A DNA stretch of 64,000 nucleotides from Halobacteriaceae archaeon (GTDB lineage: Archaea; Halobacteriota; Halobacteria; Halobacteriales; Halobacteriaceae). This document shows positions 32,248 to 42,400 of the stretch, one piece after another; the stretch's first letter is position 1; each line of letters opens with the position of its first letter. A model generated the notes under the pieces. That model was not told where the DNA came from and made no database searches. It was given only the letters and a program-made list of their open reading frames with translations. A program made the position numbers and the translations under genes. The stretch covers positions 96,707-160,706 of the forward strand of contig JBDGTS010000008.1 in NCBI GenBank assembly GCA_042216675.1. The letters run 5' to 3'.

Positions 32248-33021
32248 ATGCGACGCCGTTCGCTGCTCGCCCTGAGCGGAACTGCCCTCACGACCGCCCT
32301 CGCTGGCTGTAGCGCCGCCGGCTCCGACGGTGCGACGCCCACCGACACGGAGACGCCCGGGGACACCACGACTCCCGCGGACGGCCCCGACCCGACGACG
32401 GGGACGACGGAGCCCGCCCTCTCCACCACCCTCCGCAACGGCAGCTTCGAGGACGACTGGGCGGCGTGGGAGGTCGGCCGCGACGTGCCGACGGACCCGA
32501 ACCGCCCAGGTGACCGCCCCGTCGGCACCGGCGTCGGCGTCACGACGCGGGGCGCCAGCGACGGGGGGACCAGCCTCCAGCTATTCATCGACGGCAGTCA
32601 GGACGACGGTACCGTCTGGGTCCAACAGCCGGTGGACCTCTCCGGCGCCGCCTCCCTCGCCGTGGACTACCGCGTCTCCACGTCGTTCAACGAAATCATG
32701 CAGGCGGCCGTCTACGCCGGCCCCGACGTCGAGGGCGGCCTCGCGGAGACGGACTTCGACCGCTCGAACTCGCTCGCCGGCCACGACGCCGGGGGCTGGA
32801 AGACGTTCGTCTACGAGGTGACCCACGACGGCCCCGGCGTCGTCGCCGTCGGCGCCAACATCGTCTGGGAGACGGGCGCGCGCGCCGCGCTCGACAACGT
32901 ACGGCTCACCGAGTCGGAACCCGACCGCGTGACGCCGACGCCCTCGGAGACGACTGACGGGGGCGGCATCGAAGACGAGTCCACGGCGTCCCGAACCGCG
33001 AGCGCCACCACGACCGAGTGA
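32248..33021 (+). CDS. Tat-exported lipoprotein of unknown function
   Basis: MRRRSLL twin-Arg, LAGC lipobox, Thr/Pro linker, NGSFE-starting beta-sandwich-like domain. Confidence 0.8.
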   Translation: MRRRSLLALSGTALTTALAGCSAAGSDGATPTDTETPGDTTTPADGPDPTTGTTEPALSTTLRNGSFEDDWAAWEVGRDVPTDPNRPGDRPVGTGVGVTTRGASDGGTSLQLFIDGSQDDGTVWVQQPVDLSGAASLAVDYRVSTSFNEIMQAAVYAGPDVEGGLAETDFDRSNSLAGHDAGGWKTFVYEVTHDGPGVVAVGANIVWETGARAALDNVRLTESEPDRVTPTPSETTDGGGIEDESTASRTASATTTE

Positions 33022-33732
33022 TCAGTCCGCACAGAGGTCGACGAAGTTCCGCAGAATCGTCAGTCCCGTCTCGCCGCTCTTCTCGGGGTGGAACTGCGTG
33101 CCGAACACCGTCCCCGACTCGTCGGCGACGACGGCCGGGAACGTAACGCCGTAGTCGGTGCTGGCGACGACGGCCGAGTCGGCGTCCGGGTCGGCGTAGT
33201 AGGAGTGGACGAAGTAGGCGTACTCGCCATCGACGGAGCCTGCGGCTCCGTCTGCTCGTTGCGTCTCCGACGCAACGCTGTCGACGCCCGCGACGATGGG
33301 GTGGTCGCGTTGCACGTCGAGTTCGTTCCAGCCCATGTGGGGAACCGTCTGTCCCGCGGGGAAGCGAACGTTTCGGCCCGGAATCAAATCGAGGCCGCGC
33401 GCCTCGCCCTGCCCGGCGCGCTCGGCCTCCTCGCTCTCCGTGAGGAGCATCTGCATCCCGAGACAGATGCCGAAAAGCGGCGTCTCGCTCTCGGCCACCT
33501 CGACGAGTGCGTCCCGGAACGGCCCGGCGTTGTCCATCCCCTCGCCGAACGCGCCCACGCCCGGCAGGACGACGCCGTCGGCGTCGTGGACGGCCGCGGG
33601 GTCGTCGGAGACGGTGACGGCCGCGCCGGCCCGCTCCAGTCCCCGGGTGATGCTCCGGAGGTTGCCGAGTCCGTAGTCCACGACGACGACGTCCGCGCCT
33701 CGCTCGCGTGTCGCCATCTCGGCCTCGCTCAT
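33022..33732 (-). CDS. hisH: Imidazole glycerol phosphate synthase subunit HisH (with in-frame palindromic insert)
   Basis: DYGLGNL, LPGVGAF, GICLGMQ, PHMGWN, YFVHSY, QFHPEKS. Confidence 0.96.
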   Translation of the reverse strand: MSEAEMATRERGADVVVVDYGLGNLRSITRGLERAGAAVTVSDDPAAVHDADGVVLPGVGAFGEGMDNAGPFRDALVEVAESETPLFGICLGMQMLLTESEEAERAGQGEARGLDLIPGRNVRFPAGQTVPHMGWNELDVQRDHPIVAGVDSVASETQRADGAAGSVDGEYAYFVHSYYADPDADSAVVASTDYGVTFPAVVADESGTVFGTQFHPEKSGETGLTILRNFVDLCAD

Positions 33733-33775
33733 GCCCGCTGATTGCGCGCGTCGGCGTAAAGCGGTTCCGTTCGCG

Positions 33776-34363
33776 TCAGAAGTCGTCCAGCGCGCGCTGG
33801 TCGCCCCCGCCGCCGTCGGTCCGGTCCACCGCCGTCGCCATCGCCTCGGCGAACGTCTCGCGCTGGCCGGGGTCGTACAGCGTCGCCGCCGGGTGGACGC
33901 AGATGAGTACGTCGCGCGGTCCGTCGACGCTCGCCGTCTCGACGGTGCCCGCCTCGTTCGTCACCGCCACGTCGCGCCCGAGGAGGTGCTGGCTCGGCAC
34001 TTTCCCGAGGGCGACGACGAGGTCCGGGTCCACCTGCTCGATTTCGGTTTCGAGCCAGTCCCGGCAGTTCGTCAGTTCCTCCTCGGTGGGGTCGCGGTTC
34101 TCCGGCGGCCGACACCGCACGCAGTTCGTGATGCGCACGTCGGCACGCGAGAGGCCGTGGTCCGAGAGCGCGTCGGTCAGGACGTCGCCGCTCCGGCCGA
34201 CGAACGGTTCGCCCTCGGCGTCCTCGGTTTCGCCCGGGGCCTCCCCGACGAACAGCAGGTCCGCGTCCGGGTCCCCGACGCCGTTCACGATGCGAGTGCG
34301 CGAGTCCACGAGCGCCGGGCACGCCGTGCAGTCACACACCGCCAAGTCCTCCATCCGGCTCAT
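33776..34363 (-). CDS. Family 4 uracil-DNA glycosylase
   Basis: CTACP, VGEAPG, PFVGRSG, NCVRCRPPENRDP, HPAA; start could instead be 34390. Confidence 0.92.
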   Translation of the reverse strand: MSRMEDLAVCDCTACPALVDSRTRIVNGVGDPDADLLFVGEAPGETEDAEGEPFVGRSGDVLTDALSDHGLSRADVRITNCVRCRPPENRDPTEEELTNCRDWLETEIEQVDPDLVVALGKVPSQHLLGRDVAVTNEAGTVETASVDGPRDVLICVHPAATLYDPGQRETFAEAMATAVDRTDGGGGDQRALDDF

Positions 34364-34390
34364 GGGAGCGCCGTCGCCGCCCGCGCCCAT

Positions 34391-34954
34391 TTAACCCTCG
34401 GGTCGCCGCCAGCGGTCGGCGCCCCGCGCGGCGAGTCGGGCGACCCGGAGCGGTTCGGGTCGGCCGCCCTCCGGCGTGAACGCGCGCACCACCTCGGCGG
34501 CCGTCTCGTCGTCACAGCCTGCGGCGCGGACGAACACTCGCTCGTCGCCGACGTCGACGGGCCGGCGCGGTGGCTGGGCGCGGTACGTCGCCAGTCGTTC
34601 GGCGAGGGCGTCGCCGGCGAACTCTTCGCGGAGCGACGGCTCTAGCCCCTCGCTCGCCTCGAACGTGACCGAAATCACCGGGCGGTCGGTGGCGTCGGCG
34701 ATGGCGTGGAGGTCCACGACGTTGTACCACGCCAGCGCGAGGCCCGCGACGAGGACGTAGCGCACGTCCGCCCGGCCCAACTCGTCGAACAGCGCGGCGA
34801 CGCTGGCCGTCGCGTCCGTCCCACCGACGGCGCAGTCGCCGAAGCCGAACCCGTCCACGACCCGGCTGGCACGGACGACCGCACCCGAGAGCGTACTCCG
34901 CTCGTCGCCGCGATAGGACTCCGCGACGCCGAGCGCGCGGACGCCGGATTTCAC
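34391..34954 (-). CDS. DUF99 family protein (endonuclease V-like)
   Basis: RALGVAES, VGGTDAT, AWYNVVD, PEPLRVARLAA. Confidence 0.82.
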   Translation of the reverse strand: MKSGVRALGVAESYRGDERSTLSGAVVRASRVVDGFGFGDCAVGGTDATASVAALFDELGRADVRYVLVAGLALAWYNVVDLHAIADATDRPVISVTFEASEGLEPSLREEFAGDALAERLATYRAQPPRRPVDVGDERVFVRAAGCDDETAAEVVRAFTPEGGRPEPLRVARLAARGADRWRRPEG

Positions 34955-34958
34955 GGCG

Positions 34959-35138
34959 CTACTCGTCTTTGATGTCCTGCAGTTTGTCGAGAAGCTCGTC
35001 GTTCGAGGCTCCGATGTCGTACTCGACGTCGCCTTCGTGGGCGTGTTCCTCCGTGTTCACGCCAGCGTCCTCTTCGACGTCGTCTGTGTCGAAGTCCCGT
35101 TTCTCCTGTTCGGATTCGTCGTAGCTTCCGAAACCCAT
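34959..35138 (-). CDS. Small acidic protein (DUF5786-like)
   Basis: MGFGSYDESEQE N-terminus, HEGDVEYD. Confidence 0.8.
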   Translation of the reverse strand: MGFGSYDESEQEKRDFDTDDVEEDAGVNTEEHAHEGDVEYDIGASNDELLDKLQDIKDE

Positions 35139-35218
35139 ACACAGAACCATTAGGATTTGCCGCACAAAAATGGACCGCCGGCACCGACCCTTTTGTGTCG
35201 GCCGCCCGACGACCCGAT

Positions 35219-35824
35219 ATGGACGTGTTCCACCTCACCGCGGACGCCGACGTATTCACCTGCAACGTCTTCCTCGCGACGGGCGAACACATCACCCTCG
35301 TCGACGCGGGCGCGATGCCCGGCGTCACCGAGGCCGTACGCGCCCACACCGACAGTCTCGACGCCGTCGTCCTCACCCACCAACACGGCGACCACGTCGA
35401 GGAACTGTCCGCAGTCGTTGACGCCTTCGACCCGGCGGTGTACGCCGACGACGACCATCCGCTCCGAACCCACGCCCTCGACGACGGGGACCGGGTTCCC
35501 ATCGGCGACGAGACGTTCGAGGCCGTCTACACGCCCGGCCACGCCGACGACCACCTCGCGTTCGTCTCCGATACGACGCTGTTCTCCGGCGACGTGGTGG
35601 TCCACGACGACGGCGCCTTCGAGGGCGGCAGTTTCGGTCGCACGGACCAACCCGGTCAGTCCCGGGAGCGCCTCGTCGAGAGCATCGACCGCCTCCTCGA
35701 CCGGATGCCCGACACCGTCGAGCACATGTACAGCGGTCACGGCGGCGTCTTCCACGGCGACGTGCGCGAAATCGTCGAGACGGCGCTCGAACGCGCCCAG
35801 CGCCGCGAACCGAAGTACGAGTAA
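35219..35824 (+). CDS. MBL-fold metallo-hydrolase
   Basis: THQHGDH, TPGHADDH, FSGD, GHG. Confidence 0.9.
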   Translation: MDVFHLTADADVFTCNVFLATGEHITLVDAGAMPGVTEAVRAHTDSLDAVVLTHQHGDHVEELSAVVDAFDPAVYADDDHPLRTHALDDGDRVPIGDETFEAVYTPGHADDHLAFVSDTTLFSGDVVVHDDGAFEGGSFGRTDQPGQSRERLVESIDRLLDRMPDTVEHMYSGHGGVFHGDVREIVETALERAQRREPKYE

Positions 35825-35855
35825 CGCTTTTGTCGGGGCCGATACAGGTCGGCGT

Positions 35856-36449
35856 ATGCCCGGGCTGTTTCCCGAGACCATCGAGACGGAGCGCCTGCGC
35901 CTCCGCCGTCTCCATCCCCGAACCGTCGACCTGTTCGAGTTCTACGACATCTGCGCCTCGGACCCCGGCATCGAGGACGTGACCGAACACATGCCGTGGA
36001 GCCCCCACGAGACGGTGCAGGAGACGCGGGAGTTCCTGCGCACCGCGAAGCGCCAGTGGGACGAGGGCGAGGCGGCCCAGTTCGTCATCCGACCTCGCGA
36101 GGGCGAGGACGGCGCGGGCGACATCGCGGGCGCGACGGCGCTCGCCCTCGACTGGGACCAGCGCCTCGCGACCCTCGGCATCTGGCTCCGCAAGCGCTTC
36201 TGGGGCCGTGGCTACTCGGGGGAGCGTGCGGACGCACTCCTCGCGGTCGCCTTCGACCGACTGGACCTCGACGTCGTGGCCGTCACGCACCTCGACGGCA
36301 ACGAGCGGTCGCGCCGCGCCATCGAGAAGTACGTCGAACGACACGGCGGGCGCTACGAGGGCCACCTCAGGAACTCCGCGACCACGCAGGACGGCGCCGT
36401 TGTCGACGAACACCGCTACACGATTTCGCAGGCCGAGTACCGCGCTTAG
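35856..36449 (+). CDS. GNAT (RimJ/RimL-like) N-acetyltransferase
   Basis: [32 protein letters not shown]. Confidence 0.88.
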   Translation: MPGLFPETIETERLRLRRLHPRTVDLFEFYDICASDPGIEDVTEHMPWSPHETVQETREFLRTAKRQWDEGEAAQFVIRPREGEDGAGDIAGATALALDWDQRLATLGIWLRKRFWGRGYSGERADALLAVAFDRLDLDVVAVTHLDGNERSRRAIEKYVERHGGRYEGHLRNSATTQDGAVVDEHRYTISQAEYRA

Positions 36450-36823
36450 AAGTGCGTGTCCTGTCCGTGGGCGCTCGACTCCCCGCGGCCGCCGCGCCCC
36501 CCCTCGTTTCGCTCGATGCCCATGTAACTCTCCGCGCGTTCGATGTCCCAGTCCGTCGCGCCGTCGTCACCCGTGCGGACGACCACGTCGCTCACCTCGT
36601 CGAACTCCTTCGCGAGGTCGATTTTGATGTTCTGAGTGGTGCGCGAGGAGATGCCACAGCCGGCACAGGCGCCGCCGAGTTCCACGACGACGCGGCCCTT
36701 CTCGGGGTCCGCCTCGCGGACGGCGCTCGTCCCGCCGTGCATCTGGATGATGGGCATCTGGGCGGTGAGCCACGTCTCGACGCGGCTCTGCAGGTCCTCG
36801 CGCTCGCCCTCGGAGTCGCTCAT
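36446..36823 (-). CDS. NifU/Nfu-domain protein
   Basis: [19 protein letters not shown]. Confidence 0.85.
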   Translation of the reverse strand: MSDSEGEREDLQSRVETWLTAQMPIIQMHGGTSAVREADPEKGRVVVELGGACAGCGISSRTTQNIKIDLAKEFDEVSDVVVRTGDDGATDWDIERAESYMGIERNEGGRGGRGESSAHGQDTHF

Positions 36824-36864
36824 ACTGAGCCGTTAGGACTCCACGTATGAAAACCGTCGGTTCG

Positions 36865-37839
36865 TCACCGCAGATGCGCCCGGTCGCCCGTGCCGCCGGT
36901 GAGCGCACTCGCCACGGCGCCTTTCAGCACCACGTCGTCGCCGAGGGTCGTCAACTGCACGTCGGGGACGTTGTTGAACACCATCGACTCGTCGAGGGCC
37001 TCCCGCAGGGGGTCGAGGACCAACTCGACGTTGTTCAACACGACGGCGCCGCCGACGTAGATGACGAGCGGCGCGTACGCCTGCGCGACGTTGGCGACGC
37101 CGATGGCGTTCCATCGGCCCAGTCGGTCGATGACCTCGTCGGCGAGTGCGTCGGTGCCGGCGGCGTCGAACACGTCGGCGGCGGAGAAGTCCGGGTCGTT
37201 CAGCGCGAGGTCGGTTTCGAGACCGGTCCGTTCGGCCACGTCGGTCGCGTAGTCGGGGATGTTGTTCCCCGAACAGTAGGCCTCCCAGTGTCCCGCGCGG
37301 CCACAGCCACAGGTCCGGCGGCCGTCCGGGTCGACGACCATGTGCCCGACTTCGCCGGCGTTGCCGTCCCAGCCGCTGAGGACGTGGCCGTCGACGGCGA
37401 CGCCCGCGCCGACGCCGGAGGAGATGGTGAGATACACCATGTCGTCGGGGTTCCGGTCGCTGTAGAAGCGTTCGCCGATGACGCCGGCGTTGGTGTCGTT
37501 GTGGAGGAACACCTGCTCGGACTGGACGAGTTCGCTGACGGGCCCCACGAGCGGAATCCGCCCGATTGCATCGGGCAGGTTCGCCGGGTCGTCGACGGCG
37601 CCGTCGGCGAGGTCGAGGGGGCCGATGCTCCCGATGCCGACGGCCCGGACCGCGGTCGGTTCGACGTCCGCGTCCGCGCAGGCCCCGCGCAGGACCCCGA
37701 GGACGGCCTCGGTGACGGCGATGCCGGTCGGACCGCTCGGGGTCCCGCGCCGGCCGGTGCCGAGGAGGGTCCCCTCCTCGTCCGCGACGGCGGCGCGCAC
37801 GTTCGTCGCCCCGAGGTCAACGCCCGCGTAGTACGCCAT
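36865..37839 (-). CDS. ROK-family sugar kinase (glucokinase)
   Basis: GVDLGATN, HNDTNA, TISSGVGAG, GEVGH, CGCGRAGHWEAY. Confidence 0.9.
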   Translation of the reverse strand: MAYYAGVDLGATNVRAAVADEEGTLLGTGRRGTPSGPTGIAVTEAVLGVLRGACADADVEPTAVRAVGIGSIGPLDLADGAVDDPANLPDAIGRIPLVGPVSELVQSEQVFLHNDTNAGVIGERFYSDRNPDDMVYLTISSGVGAGVAVDGHVLSGWDGNAGEVGHMVVDPDGRRTCGCGRAGHWEAYCSGNNIPDYATDVAERTGLETDLALNDPDFSAADVFDAAGTDALADEVIDRLGRWNAIGVANVAQAYAPLVIYVGGAVVLNNVELVLDPLREALDESMVFNNVPDVQLTTLGDDVVLKGAVASALTGGTGDRAHLR

Positions 37840-37889
37840 GCAGGAGGCACGCCGCCCCGCTACCACTTAACTACAGTCATCGTAAATCG

Positions 37890-38357
37890 TCACGGCGACC
37901 CGCCGGCCGGCGGCGTCCCGTCGAGCGACACCGTCACCGGACAGGGCGCCGACAGGAGGATGGCCTGCGCGGTGCTCCCGAAGGTGGCTTTCCCTGCGGG
38001 CGTCCGGCGGCGCCCCCCGACGACGATTCGCTCGGCGTCCACCTCGCGGGCGATTCGGACGACTTCCGTCCCGGGGTCGCCCACCGCACCCCGCACTTCG
38101 TAGGGAATCCCCTCCGCGTCGAGTGTCGCCATCACGTCCTGTACGGGACCGTACTCCAGAACCAGTTCGGCCGGCGTCGGGTCGGCCGTCGCGTGCGGCG
38201 CCGACGCCGCCTCCGCGAACGTCTCCTCGTCGAAGACGTGGACGACGACGACGCGGGCGCCCGTCGCGCCCGCCGCCTCCGCGGTAACTTGCTCGAGTCG
38301 TTCGGCGCGTTCGCCGGTGTCCTCGCCGACGGCCAGCACCACCGTCTCGATGGGCAT
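37890..38357 (-). CDS. Universal stress protein
   Basis: IVVGGRRRTPAGKATFGSTAQAILLSAPCPV. Confidence 0.88.
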   Translation of the reverse strand: MPIETVVLAVGEDTGERAERLEQVTAEAAGATGARVVVVHVFDEETFAEAASAPHATADPTPAELVLEYGPVQDVMATLDAEGIPYEVRGAVGDPGTEVVRIAREVDAERIVVGGRRRTPAGKATFGSTAQAILLSAPCPVTVSLDGTPPAGGSP

Positions 38358-38432
38358 GTGCGTCGCTTGGCGCGCCCCGCGGTAAGGCGTGTCCGTGCCG
38401 GCCCTTTTTGCCGGCCGGCCCGTTTGGCCGCC

Positions 38433-39173
38433 ATGTTCGACGTCGACCTCTCGGGGCGCGTCGCCCTCGTGACGGGAAGCGCCCGCGGCCTCGGCCGCGA
38501 GACGGCCCTCGCCCTCGCCGACCGGGGCGCGAGCGTCGCCGTCCACTACAAGACCAGCGACGCGGCCGCCGCGGCGACGGCCGCGGAGGCGCGCGAACGC
38601 GGAGCGCCCGACGCGACGACGGTGCAGGCGGACGTGACGGACCCCGACGCCGTGGATTCGCTCTTCGACGCCATCGAGGGCAGCCTCGGGTCGGTGGACG
38701 TGTTGGTGAACAACGTCGGCGCGTTCGCGCCGCGCCACTGGGCCGACATCGACGTGGCGACGTGGCACGAGGTGTTCGACACGAACCTCACCGCGACGAT
38801 GCTGTGCTGTCGCCGCGCGCTTCCCGAGATGCGCGCCGCGGGCGAGGGCCGCGTCGTCAACGTCGGCTACGCGTCCAGCGAGAAGGGACTCGTCAGCCCC
38901 AAGAACTTCCCGTACTTCGTGGCGAAGGCGGGCGTCCTGATGTTCACGCGGATGCTCGCCGCCGACACCCAACACGACGGCGTCACCGTCAACGCCGTCT
39001 CGCCGTACGTCATCGAGAACTCCGACGAGTTCCCCGACGACTTGCCCCGGGGCCGCGCCGCCGCCTACGCGGACGTGATTCGCCCCATCCTGTTCTTCTG
39101 TGCCCCCGAGAACGACTACCTGAGCGGCGAAAATATCGAGGTGGACGGCGGGTGGTTGCCGGAGCGGGTGTAG
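38433..39173 (+). CDS. SDR-family oxidoreductase
   Basis: TGSARGLG, NNVG, YFVAK (YxxxK), VDGG. Confidence 0.9.
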   Translation: MFDVDLSGRVALVTGSARGLGRETALALADRGASVAVHYKTSDAAAAATAAEARERGAPDATTVQADVTDPDAVDSLFDAIEGSLGSVDVLVNNVGAFAPRHWADIDVATWHEVFDTNLTATMLCCRRALPEMRAAGEGRVVNVGYASSEKGLVSPKNFPYFVAKAGVLMFTRMLAADTQHDGVTVNAVSPYVIENSDEFPDDLPRGRAAAYADVIRPILFFCAPENDYLSGENIEVDGGWLPERV

Positions 39174-39174
39174 T

Positions 39175-39450
39175 TCAGTCCCGCGCCGCCCGCACCGTTC
39201 CGTCGGCGACGGTCACCGTCGCCCCGGCGTAGGAGAACGAGAGGGCCACGCCGGTGTCGGCGGGCGCGCGCATCAAGGCGTTCAGCGCGTCCGGGTCCAG
39301 CGAGTCCGAGAGCGGCGGCAGCGCCGTCGCGTCGACGCCCCGGAGTTCCGCGACGGCCGCACAGACGCGCATCGACGGGTCCTCGCGGGACGGGTCGTAC
39401 GTGACCGACACCGCCCGCTCACCGCCCGATTCGGGGTGTGAGACTGCCAT
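39175..39450 (-). CDS. HalOD1 output-domain protein
   Basis: AVAELRGVDATALPPLSDSLDPDALNAL, FSYAGATVTV. Confidence 0.85.
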   Translation of the reverse strand: MAVSHPESGGERAVSVTYDPSREDPSMRVCAAVAELRGVDATALPPLSDSLDPDALNALMRAPADTGVALSFSYAGATVTVADGTVRAARD

Positions 39451-39498
39451 GTAAGCATTCCGGGGCTCCGCGCGGATAAATCGGCGGCCAACACACTG

Positions 39499-42400
39499 TC
39501 AGGCCCGCGGGAGCGTCACCGTGAACACCGCGCCGCCCTCCGTGGCGTCGCCGACGCTGATGTCGCCGTCGTACGTGTTCACGATTTCCCGCGAGAGGTG
39601 CAGGCCGAAGCCGGTGCCGGGGCTGTCGAAGCTCTTGGTCCCCTTGCCGAAAATCTCGTCTTGGAGTTCCGCGGGGACGCCGGGGCCGTTGTCGGCGACG
39701 CGCACCCGAACCACGTCGTCGCCGACGGCCGTCTCCACCCGAACTCGGGGGGTTTCCTTGTCGTTGTGCTGGACCGCGTTCGCCAGCAGGTTCTCGAACA
39801 CTTCCTCCAGCAAGTCGTCGGCGAGGACCGTCGCGCCGCCCGCCGTCTGGAGGTCGAACTCCGCCTCCTCGTAGCTCCGGGCGGCGATTTCGACTTCCTC
39901 GGCCAGCACCCGGTCCACGTCGACCGGTTCGAGGTCATCCTCGTCTCCGACGACGGACGACATCAGCGAGCGAATCGTCTCCACGAGGTCTATCATCTCC
40001 GTGGTGCGCGCCCGGGCCGTGTCGAGGTGGCCGGCGACTGCCTCGGGCACCTCGCCGTCCAGAAGCTCCAGCCGTGCGTCCACGACGTTGAGGCTGTTGA
40101 GGAGGTTGTGCCGGATGAGGCGGTTGAGGAACTCCAGTCGCGCCCGCTCGGCTTCGAGTTCCTCCTCCCGGCGTTTGCGCTCGGTCACCTCCACCGCGAG
40201 CGCCATCGCGCCGGTGACGGTGCCGTCCTCTCGAATCGGGATGGTCTGCACGTCGTAGATGCGCTCCTCGTACTCGATCTCCATGCGCGACTCGCGGCCG
40301 CCGAGGGCGGCCCGGAAGGCGGCGACCATCTGCTCCCTGATGCTGTCGGCCTCGCGGGGCGCCCGCGTCACGTGGTCGCCCTCCATCGCCTCGGGGTCGA
40401 CGTCGATGTAGTCGAACGCGGTGCCCGCGACGGTGCGGTAGCGCTCGTCGGTGCCGACGAGCATCACCCAGCCGTTCGGAAAGTTCTCCGCGAGCGTCCG
40501 GTAGCGCTGCTCGCTCTCCCGAAGGCGGCGCTCGCGCTCCACCGACCGGATGGCGTGGCCGACGATGGTCCCCAGTCGGTTCAGCGTCTCCCGCTCGGCG
40601 TCGCCGAAGCCGCCGCGGCGCGCGGAGTAGACGTTCAACACGCCGTAGAGAGTGTCCTGAAACAGGATGGGGATGGCCACCGAGGACCGGTAGCCGTACT
40701 CGGCGGCGTGGTCACGCCACTCCTCGTAGGCCTCGTTCTCGTCGACGTTCTGCACCACCTGCATCTCGCGGGTCGCCAGCGCCCGCGCCGTCGGTCCCTC
40801 GCCGTCGAGGCGCAGCGTCAGGTCGTCGAGATACCCCTCGACGCCGGCCTCCTGTCTGAGCGCCACCGTGCCGTCCGCGGCGTCGGGTTCGCCGATCCAC
40901 GCGAACTCGTAGGAGTCGGAGCCAGCGAGACGCTCGCACACCAGCCCCTCGATTCCGTCCCGGTCGGACTGCCTGACGACGGCCTCGGCGATGCTCTGTG
41001 CGAGGGAGTTCAGGTCGTCGAGGGCGGCGAGCCGCTGGCGCTGGTCTCTGAGTTCCCGCTCCCGGCTCACGCGGTTGTACGCCGCGGTGGCGTTCGCGGC
41101 GACGATTTCCACAAGTTGCCGCGTCGACTCGTCGAACGCGTCGCGCTCCCGGGAGCCCACGACGACGACGCCCTCGCCGCCGAGGGGCACGACGACGGCG
41201 CCCGCCATCTTCGAGTCCGCCGCGGCGACGTAGCAGTCGGGGTCCTCGTGGATCGCCGTGAACAGCTCGCTGTCGCCGGATTTGAACACCCGCCCGGCGA
41301 CGCTGTCGTCGACGGGGAGGGCCGGCAGGGCGTCGGGAACGAAGTCGGCGGCCGCGGACTGTGCGGCGGGGATCAGTTCGCCGCCCTCGTGCCGGTAGAC
41401 GATGACGCCCGCGAGGTCGAGTACCTCCGTGAGAGCGTCGACGATGTGATTCGACACCGCCGCCTCCGTCGTCGCCTCGAACAGCCGACGCGAGGAGTCG
41501 TGGAGGCTCCGCAGGCGGCGCTCGAAGCGCTTGCGCTCGGTCACGTCGCGCAGGACGCCCACGGCCCCCCTCTCGTCCGAGAGGCTGCTGAACGACGCCT
41601 CGATGGGCGTCCGCTCGCCGTCCGGGCCGTCGAGTTCGAACTCCAGTCGGTTCGCCTCCTCCCCCGTCGAGTGGCTCTCGACGGTTCGGGCGCGGGCGAC
41701 GATGGACTCGCCCATCACGTCGGCGATGTGCGTGCCGACCAGCGCCTCCCGGTCCCGGCCCACGAGGGACGCAAACGCGTCGTTGACGATGAGCAGACGG
41801 CCCTCGCCGTCGGTCATGAACACCCCGTCCGTCGTCGTCTCGGTCAGCGTCTCGTAGCGCTCGAGGTCGCGTTCGCGCTCGCGCCGGTCGACTGCGGCCG
41901 CAATCAGCGCCGCCACGCTCCGCAGGAACGCCACGTCCGTCTCCGAGAACTCCCGGGGATCCGTGGCGAAGACGCTGAGGACGCCCCACGGCTCCTCGGG
42001 GGTGCCCACGAGGACGTTGACCCCGCTCCGAACGCCGTGGTCGGCGAACAGGTCCGGAACCGCGTACCGCGCCTCCCGGTGCAGGTCCTCGACGACCACG
42101 GGGTCGTCGGAGCGCGCGGCGTGGCCCACGGGGGAGTCGGCGACGCCCGCCAGAATCGTCCCGGTCTCCACGCCGTCCCAGCCGACGCCGGTGCGGAGGC
42201 AGAACTCCCCGGTGGCGTCGTCGAGGCCGAACACCGCCCCGAGGTCCGCGCGGAGCGTCTCCGTGACGGCCGCCACCGCCTCCTCCAGAAGCGTGTCGAG
42301 GGCGTCCGCGTCGAGCGCTCGCCGCCCCAAGTCGGCGACGGTGGCCTGCTCGGTGGCCCGCGTGAGCAGTTCCTCGTGGCGCTCCCGTCGCTCGGTGACG

